Part shown: positions 37,241 through 38,239 of the stretch, piece after piece | Position numbering within the stretch: position 1 is the stretch's first letter | How the letters are laid out: each line of letters opens with the position of its first letter | Assembly: GCA_016930515.1 (NCBI GenBank) | Contig: JAFGGO010000149.1 | Location: 1 to 38,239, forward strand | From: Promethearchaeota archaeon | GTDB lineage: Archaea; Asgardarchaeota; Lokiarchaeia; Sigyniarchaeales; SOKP01 | Direction: 5' to 3' | DNA: 38,239 bases | Program-made: the position numbers and the translations under genes | The notes under the pieces: model-generated | The model's input: only the letters and a program-made list of their open reading frames with translations | What the model was told of the DNA's origin: nothing | The model's database searches: none

Positions 37241-38239
37241 TTATTGATTTGTGGATTCTTTTGGTTTTATCGGTTTTTTTGGCTTCGGAGGATTTTTATT
37301 CAGCGTACCTGATAGATTTACGAGCCTCGAATCCAAGGTTTTTTTATAACGAATCAACTTGGCGTTCTTGCGTTTTTTATTGGTTATAAAACCAGTAACC
37401 ACGGCGGCACCTACAATTGCGGCAATTATGGCGATAATTCCTACCGTCCCTAATATTCCACTCAAATCGTCCGTTCTCTTGGCAATCGAAAACGCTTCCG
37501 AAACGTCTTCGTTGCTCAACCCGATCGTAGTATTCGCAATGACCTTGATCACGTAATTATTTCCCGCTGGTTCGGATACAACATTCCACTTGTAATGAGT
37601 GTCTTGCACGTCTTCCATTAACACGGCCCACGTGGCGCCTCCGTCGGAAGAAACGTGGAGATCGTACGAAACGGAATATCCTTCAGAATCAACGCATTCG
37701 GTCCAAGTAATATCAACGGAATCAACGATTTTTTCGCCTCCAGTTGGATGTGTCAATTCAACTTGGGAAAGGTAGTGTTCTCTGATCGAAAACACACCGG
37801 AAACGTCCTCGGTGCTTAAACCACCCGTGCTATTCGCAACGACCTTGACCCTGTAATTATTTCCCCCAGCTTCGTATAAGATACTCCACTTGTAATGAGT
37901 ATCCTGCACATTTGTCATTATATCGACCCACGTGGCACCTCCGTCGGAAGATTTGTAGAGATCGTAAAATACAGAATAGTTCCAATTATCCACACATTCT
38001 GACCAGGTAATAGTAACAGAATCCACATATTCTTCACCTCCAATTGGATATGCCAATACCACTTGGGAAAGCACATGTTCAATTATCGAAAACACCCCTG
38101 AAACGTCCTCGTTGCTCAAGCCACCAGTGCTATTCGCAATGACCTTGATCCTGTAATTATCTCCTGGAGTCTCGGAAAAGAGATCCCATTCGTAATGAGT
38201 ATCATCTAAATCAGTTACCAATTCATCCCAGGTGGCACC
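37241..38239 (-). CDS. Repeat-containing cell-surface protein (Ig-like ~100-aa repeats, C-terminal TM), 5' part outside the window
   Basis: Frame is open to the window end; repeats P.GGE...SV.ITW...Y.L..SSDGGATW...Y.W...NY..KV.A; TM followed by a basic tail. Confidence 0.85.
   Translation of the reverse strand, partial: GATWDELVTDLDDTHYEWDLFSETPGDNYRIKVIANSTGGLSNEDVSGVFSIIEHVLSQVVLAYPIGGEEYVDSVTITWSECVDNWNYSVFYDLYKSSDGGATWVDIMTNVQDTHYKWSILYEAGGNNYRVKVVANSTGGLSTEDVSGVFSIREHYLSQVELTHPTGGEKIVDSVDITWTECVDSEGYSVSYDLHVSSDGGATWAVLMEDVQDTHYKWNVVSEPAGNNYVIKVIANTTIGLSNEDVSEAFSIAKRTDDLSGILGTVGIIAIIAAIVGAAVVTGFITNKKRKNAKLIRYKKTLDSRLVNLSGTLNKNPPKPKKPIKPKESTNQ
37487..38239. repeat. Tandem 300-bp coding repeats (about 2.5 copies in the window)
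   Basis: CGAAAAC...GAAACGTC recurs at 37487, 37787 and 38087, an exact 300-bp period. Confidence 0.9.

Noticed and set aside
37487-38239. CRISPR array or DGR-like repeats
   Set aside because: The 300-bp period is in frame and encodes protein domain repeats; there is no short repeat-spacer structure anywhere in the window.

Overview
AT-rich archaeal chromosome segment, most likely from an Asgard archaeon (Lokiarchaeia-like). Evidence for this: archaeal/eukaryote-type ProRS, eS6, eL24, eS30, Rpo10, Taw1 and Fae-Hps; a selenocysteine-type SelD with a eukaryote-like 3' SECIS; a gelsolin-like protein; and a Loki-type LRR N-terminal fragment. The ORF track misses several real features: the Sec-containing N-terminus of selD, rps30e and rpoN (both appear to start at ATA), a two-intron tRNA-Trp(CCA), and several pseudogene fragments. 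The most unusual region is a ~4.3 kb island (8511-12911) bounded by the tRNA-Trp 3' exon and a diverged second copy of it. It has no integrase. It encodes a group II intron-type reverse transcriptase with no room for an intron ribozyme, a repeat/hairpin cassette inside the RT 3' end, and a closely coupled zinc-ribbon + PD-(D/E)XK-like endonuclease. An ISH3-family IS with terminal inverted repeats (TIRs) and a target-site duplication (TSD) has inserted into it secondarily. Other notable architectures: a TrmB split by a ~600-aa coiled coil with an aromatic/basic midpoint, Taw1 with an inserted wHTH, an HFS-motif surface protein beside a paralogous membrane-tethered regulator, and a CDF transporter flanked by wHTH-like domains. 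All family calls come from motif recognition by eye; no database searches were run.
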